64,000 nt of DNA from Haliotis cracherodii (GCF_022045235.1 NW_027266275.1:53010001-53074000), one strand, 5' to 3'; counted from the stretch's first letter, positions 24,710-37,804 are shown. Translations and numbers: made by a program. The notes: generated by a model from the sequence alone, not told the origin.

Positions 24710-27280
24710 GTAACTTTCTCAGGAAAACGGAGTCCCCGCTGGTCGCTTTGGAAACTAAGCTCTATTACAGTATTTTGGAGGTGTATGGATGTTTTATATC
24801 ACGATGAGTCAGTTTAATATGGGGATCAACTCCATCTATGTGTGATCTACGAGTGTTTACATTTTTCGCGATATTCTCGCGCATGGGTATTTACTGACAA
24901 ACCAAGGAACTAGTCAGGGCAGGTCTGGTGTTTAAACTCATGATCCCACTGCACAGTAGTGCCATTGACGACTTGGTCAACCGTGTTCCGCTTGATGTGT
25001 TGAAGTAAATTCATGATCAATTTATTGTGTTTCGTGCGAATGGGCATTTCAGAGTTGAGAAAAGTATATATGTTAGCCTAACAGTGAAGATCAATGGGAC
25101 AGTCATGGTGGAAAGGTTTCGAAGATAAAACTGTAAAATGAAATGCAGCAGCATCTTTTCCCGAGAGATTCTCACGAAAAGCATAAACAACACGACACAT
25201 TGAAAAAAAGTTAAAATATTGTATTTCATTCGCTTGCTTGTACATAATCATAGCAGTCTTTTACATTCAATATATACGCATGTTTCACGGCATAACATCC
25301 ACGTTTTGTATGTCATGTACTGGAATTTCTTAAATTAGCACGCGCACGCGCACGCGCACGCGCACGTACACACACATGATAATAATAAAAAAATAATTGA
25401 CAATGATGTAGCTTTAATACTAACCATCTCTTGGTATATAAATAGCACGCGGAATTAAGCTCCATCAACTGAGAACACCGTTGCCTAAATGCCAAACAAC
25501 ATTTGTTTAACCAATGGCCATCGGTCTTCAATTGCCGTAAACCAATAAGATTCCGGGTCTGATTGTACCACTGCACATTTGAATATTCGCGCCTTGGGTG
25601 AGAAAAGTGGGTCAAAACAGTGCAACCAGCGATGTTCAGACGATGGAGAGTGTGTCAGCTAAGAATAGCGGCTTGTATAACAACACTGCGAACCCATTTA
25701 TTTCTGTCAAGTTTCGACACGAACATGCCAGGTAAACAAATACTTTGGAGTAAGATGTGTCAGGGTTACGTAACATAAATAGTACCTTCACATTGTTTTC
25801 AATGTTAGATTTACTTCAGCGCACAGCTGGCGAAACAAAATATAATGTTCGCAAGTTACTAGAATTTCTGTTAAATGTAGAATGCCCTGACGGTTGGTTA
25901 TAATTTATCGGAAATCTCTTATAAACAAAATGACAGAGAAACATAACATTGTGCGAATTAAAAAGAAATCAGTACTTACTAAATCAGTTTTTATGTCCAA
26001 TCAGATTCATGAAAACAAACAATATTATGCACAGGTTTAACATACAGGATCAAGTGTTTGGTATTCCTACACTTGTTTATGAGATTTCCTCCATACACGA
26101 ATCAAGAGAGTGGACGTTTGGGTTGGGGATAGCTGACAAACCGTAGAGCTAGCTCCTCTTTTCTATACATCAACATCGGTAATGGGTAATATGTACAGTG
26201 AACGGCCACATAATTACGTACATTTTGGAATGGCGATGGTGTTATTTCAATGCTCATTAATAAGATGGTCAGTGCTCAAATACTACATCACGTGTCTGTG
26301 GGATCATCACGTGATTATCACTTGACGATATATTCATCCATTTCTCGTCTGCTACTTTTCCATTTGTCAGACACCCCAGTTTAAAGACAGTTTAAAATCA
26401 CACATGTCGTGGCTGAGTACCCTTATTTCCAATAGCTTGCTCTGGTCCGTAAAATCGAGGAAACCGGTATACATTCCAGAACGACAACGTCCCGGTACTT
26501 CGAGCCTGTGTCGTTCAAGACTATAAGTTGCAGAATCATTGAATGGTATTACTGGAATGGTTGGCCTGTCCAAATTCCTGATACAAATATCATTGAAAAT
26601 TGCTTGCTCCAACTGAAGAACACACTTCAGCAACGCCGAAATAATATTCATACCGCATCTGTCTTGGAACGTAATGTATTGGACATCTGTGAAAACCTGA
26701 AGATTGCATTAAAATTTTGTATCGATCAATTCCGAAGCGGATAGGGAAAATAATTAGAAACAAGGGAGAAAATATGGAGGTGAAATACTGTATATTACTC
26801 TTTGAACTGTGCCCTCTGCCTAGTGACAACACATTCGGCCATGTGTGAACGTAACAATATGGCCAGCCGCTATATTGTATTGATCAAATGTAATGGCTGA
26901 GCCAACCTATATACCTTGAAACATGGGTAGATGTTGTTAAAATTACAATATAGCAACGACTCGATCGACGATGGCACAGCCTTCCCCTCTTTTGTATTTT
27001 GAAGGACACTAAACATTCATATGTTTGGAATTTTAAAGGTGATCGGGTATATTAAGTGTACGTGTAGACGAAAACACTTGCTACAATGCATAACTACCTA
27101 AACTACCAAACTCAAATAAATTGACATTTTTGTTGTTTGCATTCAGGCAGCATGTTTTGTGTCTATACCTTGTTACCACCAAAAGCACCCATACACCTCC
27201 AAAATACTGTAAACCTCCAAAATACTGTAATAGCGCTTAGTTTCCCCACGGACACGCTTATTCTTTAGGAAAGCTTAGGC
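24710..27280. mobile_element. Candidate 2.5-kb DNA transposon bounded by long inverted repeats
   Basis: AAACTAAGCTCTATTACAGTATTTTGGAGGTGTATGG (24752-24788) is inverted at about 27189-27243; weaker symmetry extends outward. No transposase recognised. Confidence 0.55.
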
Positions 27281-27732
27281 AGCATGCTTCACCAGTCGCA
27301 CAACTTTGGCGCCGTTTCAGAAAACGTGATAGGAAAGAAACAGTAATTAATTAAGTACAATCTCTATGTTAGTGGATGAATGCTCATTATATGGTCAGAA
27401 CTGTACAATCGACTCTGCTTTTGACAGATTTCTTATGAATATGGAAAGGGTTTTGTGGTTTTTATTGTAAAATGTAACAGTTTATAAAATGTGTGTGACG
27501 TGAAAAAATACAGCTTAAACGTGTGGAGGATATCCAGAATTTTCATCGGATCAGATGAAATTCGAAATACGGGTCGTGATATGTACAAATACTGACATTT
27601 GTATCTGTTAAATGTGTTTTGACAAGATCTACCAAGGAACACATAGAGGACTGTCTCATTTGTCATTAATCAACTATACCATTATATATATATGTCACAT
27701 CTTCCCAAGGCAAGGGAGTTAACTGACTATAA

Positions 27733-28141
27733 AAGTCTAGTTTCCACCCTTGACGAACTAGGCTGGCATTATGGAGTTATATTTGGGCTGGACTAACGAG
27801 TCTATGCATCGCGTAATGCAATCGACATCCGGTTCGTAAACTGTCATACAGATTTCGGTCGCGTGCAGGGTTTGTAAAGAACCGTCTACAGCCAGCTCGG
27901 GATAAAAAAAAAAAAATCAAAATCATTTCATGTTTTAATTCAAAGTGCTCACGTGATTTGATGCACTTCGTGTGAAGTAAGACCCATTTTATTACAATAT
28001 ACAGTTCATGGGCGTGCAATTAAGATCTATTTATTGTCTTTGGTGGTAATTTATACAGAAATAAAGATTTTTTTCGAAATAAAAAGGGGGATGCGCACCC
28101 CCGCATTCCAGCCTAGTTAGGCAAGGGTGGAAACTGGACTT
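27733..28141. mobile_element. MITE with ~34-bp TIRs
   Basis: AAGTCTAGTTTCCACCCTTGACGAACTAGGCTGG versus CCAGCCTAGTTAGGCAAGGGTGGAAACTGGACTT. Confidence 0.8.
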
Positions 28142-28280
28142 ATACTTGTCAGTTAACGCCTTTGCCACGAGAAGATGATATGTGAAAGCCATACACACCT
28201 TAGAAGCCACACTCTTACGCTGGAAATAATGGAAATATGTGGCCATTGCTTACAGAGTAATTCAATGAGGACACCATGTA

Positions 28281-28531
28281 GGTTTTGTTTGGTTGGTTTG
28301 TTGTTTAACGCCGAACTCAGCAATATTCCAGCTATATGGCGGCGGTCTGTAAATAATCGAGTCTGGACCAGACAATCCAGTGATTGACAGCATGAGCATC
28401 GATCCACGCATTTGGGATCGATGACATGTATCAACCAAGTCAGCGAGCCTGACCACCCGACCCAGTTAGTCGCCTTTTACGGCAAGTATGGGTTGCTGAA
28501 GACCTATTCTACCCCAGAATCTTCACAGGTG
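28281..28531 (-). mobile_element. Retroposon family A, full-length copy with 14-bp TSD
   Basis: TSD GAGGACACCATGTA (28267-28280 and 28532-28545); (AAAC/AACC)n tail. Other copies: 3020-3275, 5734-5985, 7258-7490, 8300-8520, 8527-8652, 9995-10295, 11947-12092, 20020-20240, 22051-22262, 41176-41303, 42385-42655, 42987-43205, 50356-50615, 55497-55701 and decayed ones. Confidence 0.92.
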
Positions 28532-30128
28532 GAGGACACCATGTACTGCAATAATGTACAATCAATGTATTAAGAATGTATACATACAAATCATAAATAC
28601 AAAACAACTTCTTAATTTAAACATCATCAATCATGCAATATTAATGAACAATTTTATTCGTACTTAAATATATTTGTTTAACGACGTATAATAATTAACA
28701 TCAATCAGGACTTTACATAACCTACGGTATCTGATGATAAATTATGAGTCATTACGTTTTTCTAAGGAGTCATCACAACAAAATGAGACTCATGACGTCT
28801 TCATTGAAAAGTAAAAAGTAATTTTCAATCATTACACAAAGTTTTCTATTGTTTAATATGAGCTGTTTGCGTACTAATGTAAGGTCAATGTATTGAAATA
28901 TCTTTGCATTTAATTAATAATACGGTCGTTTTGGTGTTTTGAAGAGTTTTCAAGAAGCACAAGACACTTAACCGATTTTCGGATCCGTAATACAAAAACT
29001 ACACCATCAGTAATCAGCATGTGTTTGAAACATGTGTCAAAACCTGGGACCCTGCTCCTCTGAAATCGTGCAATGAATGCTATAAGTTACCAGTGTTAGC
29101 AAGTACAAGGATTTTTAAATGGTTATGATGGCCAATGCAAGAAATTATGTTGTGTTTTCAGAAGATAATATTACTGCCAAACAAGCTTAAGAAACACAGC
29201 ACCTTGGCACAGCAGGCGTTTTCGCGACAAGGGATGAATTTATTTCCACTGAACAGGGGACAGCGGTGGATTGTGTAATGTACGTGCTCAACTGTATTCG
29301 TCAATGCGCCACTTCGAAACGACTCAGTCGTTTACATCGCTGACCCACAAGCAAACCTTCCACCCCTGCTGTTGTTATCGACTGTACAGATTATGCTGAT
29401 TAGCGGATTCTGAGCCTGGATTTATGTTTGTTTAGCAGTATCTCATGAAGTAATATGGCTCATTGGCTTGGTTTCATGTTGAATAAGCCTCCATGTTGAC
29501 ATGTACTGGTGCCTATATATTGCATTGGCTACCAGGAAAATAACATAAGGTGGCCGGTGGCTCCATTTGAAAATGATTTTTTTTCTGAAGACCTACTGAA
29601 AACATCTTTTTGTCAAAGTATTATAATCATAATAGAATTACGGTTCTCCCTTCCATTATACTCCTAGTCTGGTATGTATTAAGCTCAGCTAAGGGTCATT
29701 CTCAATCACTCAGGGTACGCACACACAAGGTTGTGAAACTGGATATTTCAGTCAGACACATTGGTTCATTAAGGATCTACTGTTACCGCCTTATTGTCAT
29801 CCTTAATGAAATACGGTGTACTTATATCATCCAATATAACATATTGACAAAGTTGTTGGCATGAACAATATGATTCGTCCTTCGCTTTGCCGTTCTTGTT
29901 GATCATCTGCTGTTCCAATGTGTTTTAAGCTTCTAAATGCTAATTGAAGAAATAGATCACGTTTTTGTAAAAGTCATGATGGGTACCCAGTTTGTGCTTT
30001 GTTCGTCCAACACATAACCAACTTGATCCTCCACACTCCCACAGAGTGCGAGGCACATTCTTGGTGGATGTGAATTCCCACTAAATACACTCACTCAGCC
30101 CCTCTCTCTAGTCTCATCAGTTTCTCCA

Positions 30129-30166
30129 TCATTCCACAATGTAGCAAACCAGAGTACTAGGTGAAT
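30129..30166 (-). CDS. Uncharacterised RRM-like protein, last coding exon
   Basis: cattttcag acceptor, phase 1; DSPSTLVCYIVE* supplies a final beta strand. Confidence 0.65.
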
Positions 30167-30216
30167 CTGAAAATGAAAGTAAATAACAATTGAACAATAC
30201 TTTACCTACATTTAAG

Positions 30217-31310
30217 GTAACATACTGTAACAAGGAATAGAATTAATGTAACATATTGTAACTAAGAATAGAATTAATGTAACATAATGTAACCATGAAC
30301 AGAATTATTTTAACTTACTGTAACAAAGAATAGAATTAATGTAACATACTGTAACCATGAATAGAATTATTGTAAAATACCAGTACTGTAATAATGAATA
30401 GAATCAATGTAACATACTGTAACCATGAATAGAATTAATGTAACATACTGTATCAAATAGAATTAATGTAACATACTGAAACCATGAATAGAATGAATGT
30501 GATATACTGTATCAAAGAATAGAATTAATGTAACATACTGTAACCATAAATAGAATTAACGTAACCATGGTAACATAATGTAACTAAGAATAGAATTAAT
30601 GTAACATAATGTACCCATAAATAGAATTAATGTAACTTACTGTAACAAAGAATAGAATTAATGTAATATACTGTAACCATGAATAGAATTAATGTAACAT
30701 ACTGTATCAAATAGAAATAATGTAACATACTGAAACCATGAATAGAATTAATGTGATATACTGTATCGAGAATAGAATTAATGTAACATACTGTAACCAT
30801 AAATAGAATTAACGTAACATAATGTAACCATGAACAGAATTAATGTAATATACTGTAGCAAAGAATAAAATTCATGTAACCATGGTAACATACTGTAACC
30901 ATGAATAGAATTAATGTAATATACTGTAGCAAAGAATAGAATTAATGTAACACACTGTAACCATGAATAGAAGTAATGTAACATACTGTAACCATGAACA
31001 GAATCAATGTAACATACTGTAACAATGAATATATGTAACATATTTTAACCATGAATAGATTTAATGTAACATACTGTAACAATGACTGTAAAATAATGTA
31101 ACCATGAGCAGAATTAATGTAACATACCGTAACAATGAACAGAATTATTGTAACATACTGTAACAATGAATATATGTAACATATTTTAACCATGAATAGA
31201 TTTAATGTAACATACTGTAACAATGACTGTAAAATAATGTAACCATGAGCAGAATTAATGTAACATACCGTAACAATGAACAGAATTATTGTAACATACT
31301 GTAACAAAGA
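30217..31310. repeat. ~31-bp intronic minisatellite with a 141-bp higher-order duplication
   Basis: Unit GTAACATACTGTAACCATGAATAGAATTAAT; 31009-31149 is repeated at 31150-31290; fills the last intron of the RRM-like gene. Confidence 0.95.
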
Positions 31311-31410
31311 AAACCATTCCAATTCAATTTAACAACTGATAAAGTAATGCATTCTTAATTCGCTAATATCCAGCATGTTTAACACACTTTTCAACACTTA
31401 AAATATTTAC

Positions 31411-31478
31411 CTGGGAAGACACAATCTGAGTCATGTAGACATGACACAGCCCACTCACAGAAATCTGAGTCACTGTAC
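31411..31478 (-). CDS. Uncharacterised RRM-like protein, exon
   Basis: Phase-2 acceptor and phase-1 donor; YSDSDFCEWAVSCLHDSDCVFP continues the RRM-like fold (helix 2). Confidence 0.75.
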
Positions 31479-31867
31479 CTATCAGAAATACAGAACAGTA
31501 ACATTATTATCAAACGAGAACAATTAATTAGAAAAACATACTTTAAGAGAACATGAAAACATAGAATGTCAAATATATTTGGAGGGATAAAATATGTGTG
31601 AGGTTTATTTTGCAAATTTGTTCTTTCATAAACTCCTTCAATCAGAGAGACAGCATGGACAGATAACTTATTTCCGTAATCAGGCCACCGGCCCATAATA
31701 TATTAATATAGCATGATAAATCATGCATGCTCAAGTAAAATACACACATTTTTATATATACATGACAAAAAGGTATAAGGTATTTCTTAAAATTTACTTC
31801 CATTCCAGTGGATACTCATAAGTACTCAAGAGTCAGACTCTGAAACACCTCTTGTTTTAAGTCTTAC

Positions 31868-32616
31868 CTGAATCTCATAGCACCTCTCCCATCAGAAAGT
31901 GTCTTCTTCTGGGATTCCAAAACCACTCCATAAGCTGAAACCATTTCCTCTAATTCGGTAGTGTTTCCATCTTTAGGGACACCTTCAATCTGAATTACAT
32001 TTGCACCAACAATTGTCCAAGAATCTGTGTGTTGTAACGGAAGTCCCTTCACATGTTTCACATCACAGGAGTCTGATACAACTGTTTTCTTTGAGTCTAT
32101 CTTATCACCACTCATGTCATTTACGTCTGCTTCCACTGGGAGAGGTTCCCTCAGGGCAGATAACTCTAACATAGGCTTCACAGTAACATTTTCTTTACCA
32201 GGAATTCCCTCTGCATCACAAATCACATACTTGTCTCTCATAGTACCATCAGAATCTATATCCATACGCTGAGATTCTGTATCAACCATTCTGGTTTCGC
32301 TTCTGTTTTTATTTTCTGATTTTCGTTTCTTCTTTGACTTTTTGTCTTTCATTGGTTCAAAAATAATGTCTACATTTGTTACTTTCTTGCTTAGTCTTGG
32401 TGGTAAAGGTGGGAAAGTCCTCACCGATGTAGCTGCATTGTTGGTATTAGTGTTCACATCATTTTGAGGTGCTCCTCCAAGTGTTGGAAAATCATTTTTA
32501 GATTTGACATCAAAAGATTTAGTATGTTTCGGAGGTGGTAGAAAAGGGCGACTCACCATCCCTCTCTGTGATGGCAGCAGGATTTCTTCCTGATTCTCTT
32601 CATCAGACATGTAACA
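31868..32616 (-). CDS. Uncharacterised RRM-like protein, large exon
   Basis: 749-nt open exon bounded by ttttctag and GTAAG; low-complexity region, basic NLS-like KDKKSKKKRK, then NVIQIEGVP...ELEEMVSAYGVV (RNP2/helix-1-like). Confidence 0.85.
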
Positions 32617-33009
32617 CTAGAAAATAGCATTGGTAATTTTATCATAGTTATGACAATGAACAATTACACAATAGTACTATCAGATGTTTAAGAATCATTC
32701 TGCCAGACACACATGACCATGATGACAACAAAATGAAAAGAGGGTATTTAATATAACTCAATTTCAAAACAAACAGGATAAAAAAATGTCCAAAGTTAAT
32801 GTCTTAGTGTCAATTCAAGTCATTGCTGTTCCTTGGCCTGGGCGGAGGCACTCAATGTGGTGGGAAGAGTAGGAGTATTTGAGAGACAAACATTTTGTTT
32901 TCATTTGAAACTGTCAGCGTTAGCCAGAGATTTCAAACCTTAAACTGTCCAGTCATCAAATTATTATTTAATGACTTCCATAACAAAAATATTTAAACTC
33001 TTAACTTAC

Positions 33010-33198
33010 GTCAGAATCATCAAAAAGAGTTGTTCCAAAATCTGTTGAGCCTGTAGGATGCTCAAAAGGATGCTGAAACGGTGATTCTTTAGGTGTTCCC
33101 ATGGAAACATGCCTAGCTGTACTTGTAGGGAATTGTTTAACCTGTTCTGCTTGATTGGCTGCATGCTGGGACAGTATGCGAGCTCTCCCCCTCCCCAT
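33010..33198 (-). CDS. Uncharacterised RRM-like protein, first coding exon (exon starts 33240)
   Basis: ctccag acceptor at 33241; ATG 33198 gives MGRGRARILSQHAANQ...LFDDSD; GTAAG donor in phase 0. A probable non-coding exon ends at 36253 (GTGAGT). Confidence 0.65.
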
Positions 33199-34027
33199 AC
33201 GCTTCTTGGTTGGAAGTATGCTTCTCAATTCGACGCTAGGCTGGAGATAAATAGAACTATTAACATGATTAATAAAATAAGATAGTAAACATCTCACTCC
33301 CAGCATAAAATATATTAAACATAAATTATACAAAAAGTTAATCATGTAAACATGATTTCATTACCTGCACTTGATCTGTGGTTGAAAAGTTTGACAGACA
33401 ATATGAAGTGAAAAACTAGCCTTAAGCACATAAACACATTCAAAGTCTTTATAGATGAAATACTGCTGATGTAACAGTAAATGTTTACTCACTAACAAGT
33501 AAATAATACAGGCTTACATAACCATGACAGACATAAATGTACACTAGCTGCTGACCATGATTATATGTTCCTGCAGCAAACACACCTAAGTTATTTTACC
33601 ATGATGAAATGCATAATTTCTAAAATGTTATTTACACATGCTTGATCATGTTGATGCAACAGATACATGAAACAAGATTTTTGTTGTTCTAAAAATACAC
33701 ATGCAGGATTTTACCTTGACTTACAATAATTAATTTAATTTTAAGGGGAAAAGTGGGTCCTGTAAAGTAATGAAATGGTTAGATAAATTAATTTATAGCC
33801 TAGAATGAATCGATGATATACGACGATTGATAGATGAAATGACAGACACCCATAATTGCTCTTGATGCCTTGTAGGTACAAAAAGTAATATTGTGCGTTG
33901 CCCAGGACGCATTATATTTACTTCTGCATCCATTCTCCACACTGGTGCGTCACGTAAAACCCTGCACATGTACGCAGTTCAGTTACATATGTTTTCCATG
34001 TTATGTACAGGGTTAGACCCTAAATTT

Positions 34028-34378
34028 CCGCCTCCATGGTCTAGTGGTAGAGCGTCCGCCCGGAGAGAAGAAGGTCCAGGGTTCGATCCCCGGCCGCGTC
34101 ATACCAAAAGACGTTAAAAGATGGTACTTGTTATTACCATGTCTGGCGCTCAGCATTCAGGGGCTAAAACAAGGACTGGTCGGCTCGGAGTCAGTATACT
34201 GTGTCTGAGTGGGGTATTCATGTTAAACTGCGGCATGGTATCTCAGTGAGTTAGCACTATAAATCAGCATCAGTCCGGACTAGTACAAGCAGCCACACAA
34301 ACACACACACGTACATGCACGTCGCTATATAAGTGCAATAATCTTGGACGCGACGTTAAACCCCATTTCACCTCACCA
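34028..34378 (+). mobile_element. tRNA-derived SINE family B (Meta/MESC-like core)
   Basis: A box TGGTCTAGTGG, B box GGTTCGATCCC, core GTCATACCAAAAGACGTTAAAAGATGGTAC, (TCACC)n tail, TSD CCTAAATTTCC. Other copies: 1196-1562, 37398-37727, 49652-49997, 50050-50330, 57470-57630, 59460-59815. Confidence 0.92.
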
Positions 34379-36252
34379 GCCTAAATTTCCACATTTCCCC
34401 ATTGTTTTAAAGTTACAAGAGGATTTTATATTTATCCGGGCTAGTACTAATGTATATAGCTGCAATCATGGTAATGACAGTAGATATATGTTTATCAATA
34501 CCATATTCAAATACTGGTATATACAATACTACAGCCATACAGACTCCTTAAACATGTTAAACATGAAATTTACATCATTGTACGATCAGTGTATAATGAT
34601 ATATATGAGAATTTCCTTACAACATTTGGTATTATTTACTCTGGTAATTCCATGAAGTGAAGATCACCTTGACCACTGAGATATTTTGACTTTAGGGATT
34701 AATCAAGGTATTCTCAGTAACCAATATTCAGCCCAAATTGGAATAAATCAGTTCCTAGTTATCATGGCTGTTATCATAATTATAACTAATGTTAACACTT
34801 ATAGCCTTAACATTATCATGATTATTACACTGAACATGTTAAATCTTAAAATGCAATGGTAATTATGTCAAAGACAATATAATCCAGAACAAAATTATGC
34901 TTTTCCCATATTGGTCTGCCACTGGTACTTGGTTTAGAATCCAGGATATTTCTCTAACTGTAGACCGATTGCCAGATCGTAATGCTGACAAGAGTACAGT
35001 AGATGGTGAAATTGTATTCTACTTTTGATCAAAGATAACCATGTTATTCAACTTATTGTAAGGCAACACCCATAAACATGATCAGACTGAACAACTAACG
35101 TGAGTTCTAAAACTAAAAGTGCTTTCGTAAACTAGCGCTTGCTATTAAATGCGCCGCCGCAGGCTATATTCAGTGAACAAATATTCAAAACTCTCCACAG
35201 CGCTTGGCGTTTTCAATGACATTTCATGTAGAGATGATAGATCACTGGGAGGAGCTTATGCACACTCGATGACCCCTGACGTCACAGGGCATTGTTTCGC
35301 CGGTGTGACTGGCAACAAAATACTACAAATTTCGTCATAGGGTATTGTCACGTGTTTGAAAAAATTGTGGCACTGTATTCTAAAGGTAGGGCCAAATAAC
35401 CATATACATAACATTTCTAACCATGCCAAGTGAATTGTTTCTTATATACTCAGGTAATGGTCCTACCAAAGCATTAGCAGCCACCAATGTGATTCCACGA
35501 GGTAGTCTTGGTACACAAATCTCTGCCTTTGTCTTTCCTCTGCCATAACAATGTGTCAGGACAAGAGTCTTCACTGCAGATCTGGTTTCAAAGTTGCTGA
35601 AGGGGGTGTATTCTTCAAAACTGTCGAGTTCCAGATGGTTTTGGAGACTTTCCAGACACAACATGTTGTCTGTGAAAAGAAATTTGACCGTTCTCCTCAT
35701 GGATTAGTTGAATTCATTATATCAAACAAGCATTCAACTAGCAGATAATAGATTATAGATCATCTATCCGCACAGTAGACTTGCACAAATCTATATATGC
35801 TACTTGCTATAAGGCAATTATCATTTAGTTTAAATCATAATTTCTAGTTTATGTAAATAATAAGAACAATTTGTCTACATCAAATTTATACTGGCCGATT
35901 ATCTAGACCTGCCTATTATAAGGATAGAATTGCCACACAACCACGGACTTATCATGGTAAGTACAGCCTTGGAGCAAGGCTAGTGTCACTTCATTGACCA
36001 ATTTTTTAAGATGAGTTATATTTGTGGAAATGTTCAAAACAATAATTGAGCAGGTCTAGATCACAGGCTCCTGAAGTAGGATACTGATATTAATGAAACA
36101 CCGAACCCATGTATCAAATGTTGTTGTCTATTTCGGCCTGTGATCTAAATATTAAAGGCAACCCCTGATACAATTTCATTGTCGTCAAACCAGACGAAGT
36201 CTAATTTGAACTTGTGTTGGTTATTCAAGCAACTTAACCATTGTCAACTCAC

Positions 36253-36514
36253 ATATCGTTTAGAACTTAAAGACGAACCGCATGTGCAACACTTGAATCG
36301 GCAAACTCAGGCGGGAAGAAGTCGAGCAGATACTAGTAATACATTTCTACAAGGCTCCCGAGCAGATGATGGCTTCTGTCAGTATAAAAATTAAACAAAC
36401 TTAGTGGTTGGTTAGTACAAGCCGACCAGCCAATGAAATAGCAGGTTACAAACTGAGTCAAGGGGAGTTACTCTAAACACCAATGTACATTTCGTTTGGC
36501 TTGGAAGACCGAAG
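36253..36514. promoter_or_regulatory. Probable bidirectional promoter (RRM-like gene / COX19)
   Basis: Divergent first exons under 300 bp apart; CCAAT at about 36430; YY1-like AAGATGGC overlapping the COX19 ATG. Confidence 0.55.
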
Positions 36515-36593
36515 ATGGCAACTCAAATGACATTTCAAAGAAGAGGCAGCGCTAAACCCCCAGACAAAGGAAGTTTTCCTCTTGACCACGAAG
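36515..36593 (+). CDS. COX19: COX19 cytochrome c oxidase assembly factor, exon 1
   Basis: ATG at 36515 gives MATQMTFQRRGSAKPPDKGSFPLDHE(G), containing the diagnostic PPDKGSFPLDH motif; GT donor at 36594 (phase 1). Confidence 0.95.
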
Positions 36594-37804
36594 GTATGCT
36601 ACCGTCGACTATGAAATAAATTGCCCAATAAATTGTTAACATTGAACTGGCTGAATAATAATTTTACACCAGAGACCATATACGGGGATATTTAGATCCA
36701 AATCTAGTATCCTGTGTTGTTCAGAATGTATAGATAATTGAGAAGAAAATGAGATCTCTTTTCAAACCCACGAAAACCTCAATTCTAAGGGACTACCATT
36801 ATATCGATAGCCAGATATTTGAGATAATGGATTGTAAAAGTATTAAGTAAACTTAGTTCAGAATTATGGGATCATAGTTATCTGAAGTACCAGGTTAAAA
36901 CTGTTCCCCAGCAATCTATGCAAGTCGTGCGAGGTGAATGTAAAAAACCGTGCATAGAGATTCAGTTCCTTGCATGTCACACTCACAGTACTCAGTCAGC
37001 TTGGATCATTGCTTATTATATCAATCATTGTTTTATCTGGTCAGGAATATATTGTTCAGTATGGTGTTAAAAATAAAACAAGCTTGTACATCATGTACAT
37101 ACATACCATGCATAACATCAGAATATATCTCAACATGGTGTGTGTCATGTTATCAACACAGTGTTTGTCATATTAATAGTGAGATGTACATATAAAGTTT
37201 CTAAATTGGATGCATTGTTTACTTTAAAACAATATTTCATTTCTTATTTTTGGGGAAAAGATTTTTTTTGTTTGACAGTGTTCAATGCTGTCATACATCA
37301 AGCTGCATGGTGGGGGACGTAAGCGTTTGATTATTGTTATAATCTAAAAATTACCATACATGCCTTTGAAGTGGTGGACAAATGGTTTGTGTATTGAGAC
37401 CATCTCAGTGGTCTATTGGTAGCATCTGCCTGGAGAGGGAGGAAGGTCTGGGGTTCGATCTCCGGCTGCATCATACTAAAAGACATTAGAAATTGGTAAA
37501 TGGTACTTGTTACCATGCCTAGAACTGGGCTAAAACAAGGATTGTGGGCTCTGAGTCAGTATACTGTGTCTGAGTGGGGTATTCATGTTAAACTGTGGCA
37601 TGGTATCTCAGTGGGCCAGTACTATAAAATCTGCATTCGTCCAGACTAGTACAATCAGACACACACATACTTTGCTATATATGTGCAATAATCTTGGAGG
37701 CAATGTTAAAGCCCATTGCACCTCATCTTTGTGTATTGAATAAACTCTCGTACATGGATTCAGGTAGCATGTTCGATTTTGAATATTTTGTTTGACTTTG
37801 TCAG

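Noticed and set aside
30778-31322. Hydrophobic repetitive ORFs
   Set aside because: Translation of the 31-bp intronic minisatellite.
35380-35748. 106-aa and 65-aa ORFs in the first intron of the RRM-like gene
   Set aside because: No recognisable domain or convincing splice signals; possibly decayed retroelement sequence, but unsupported.
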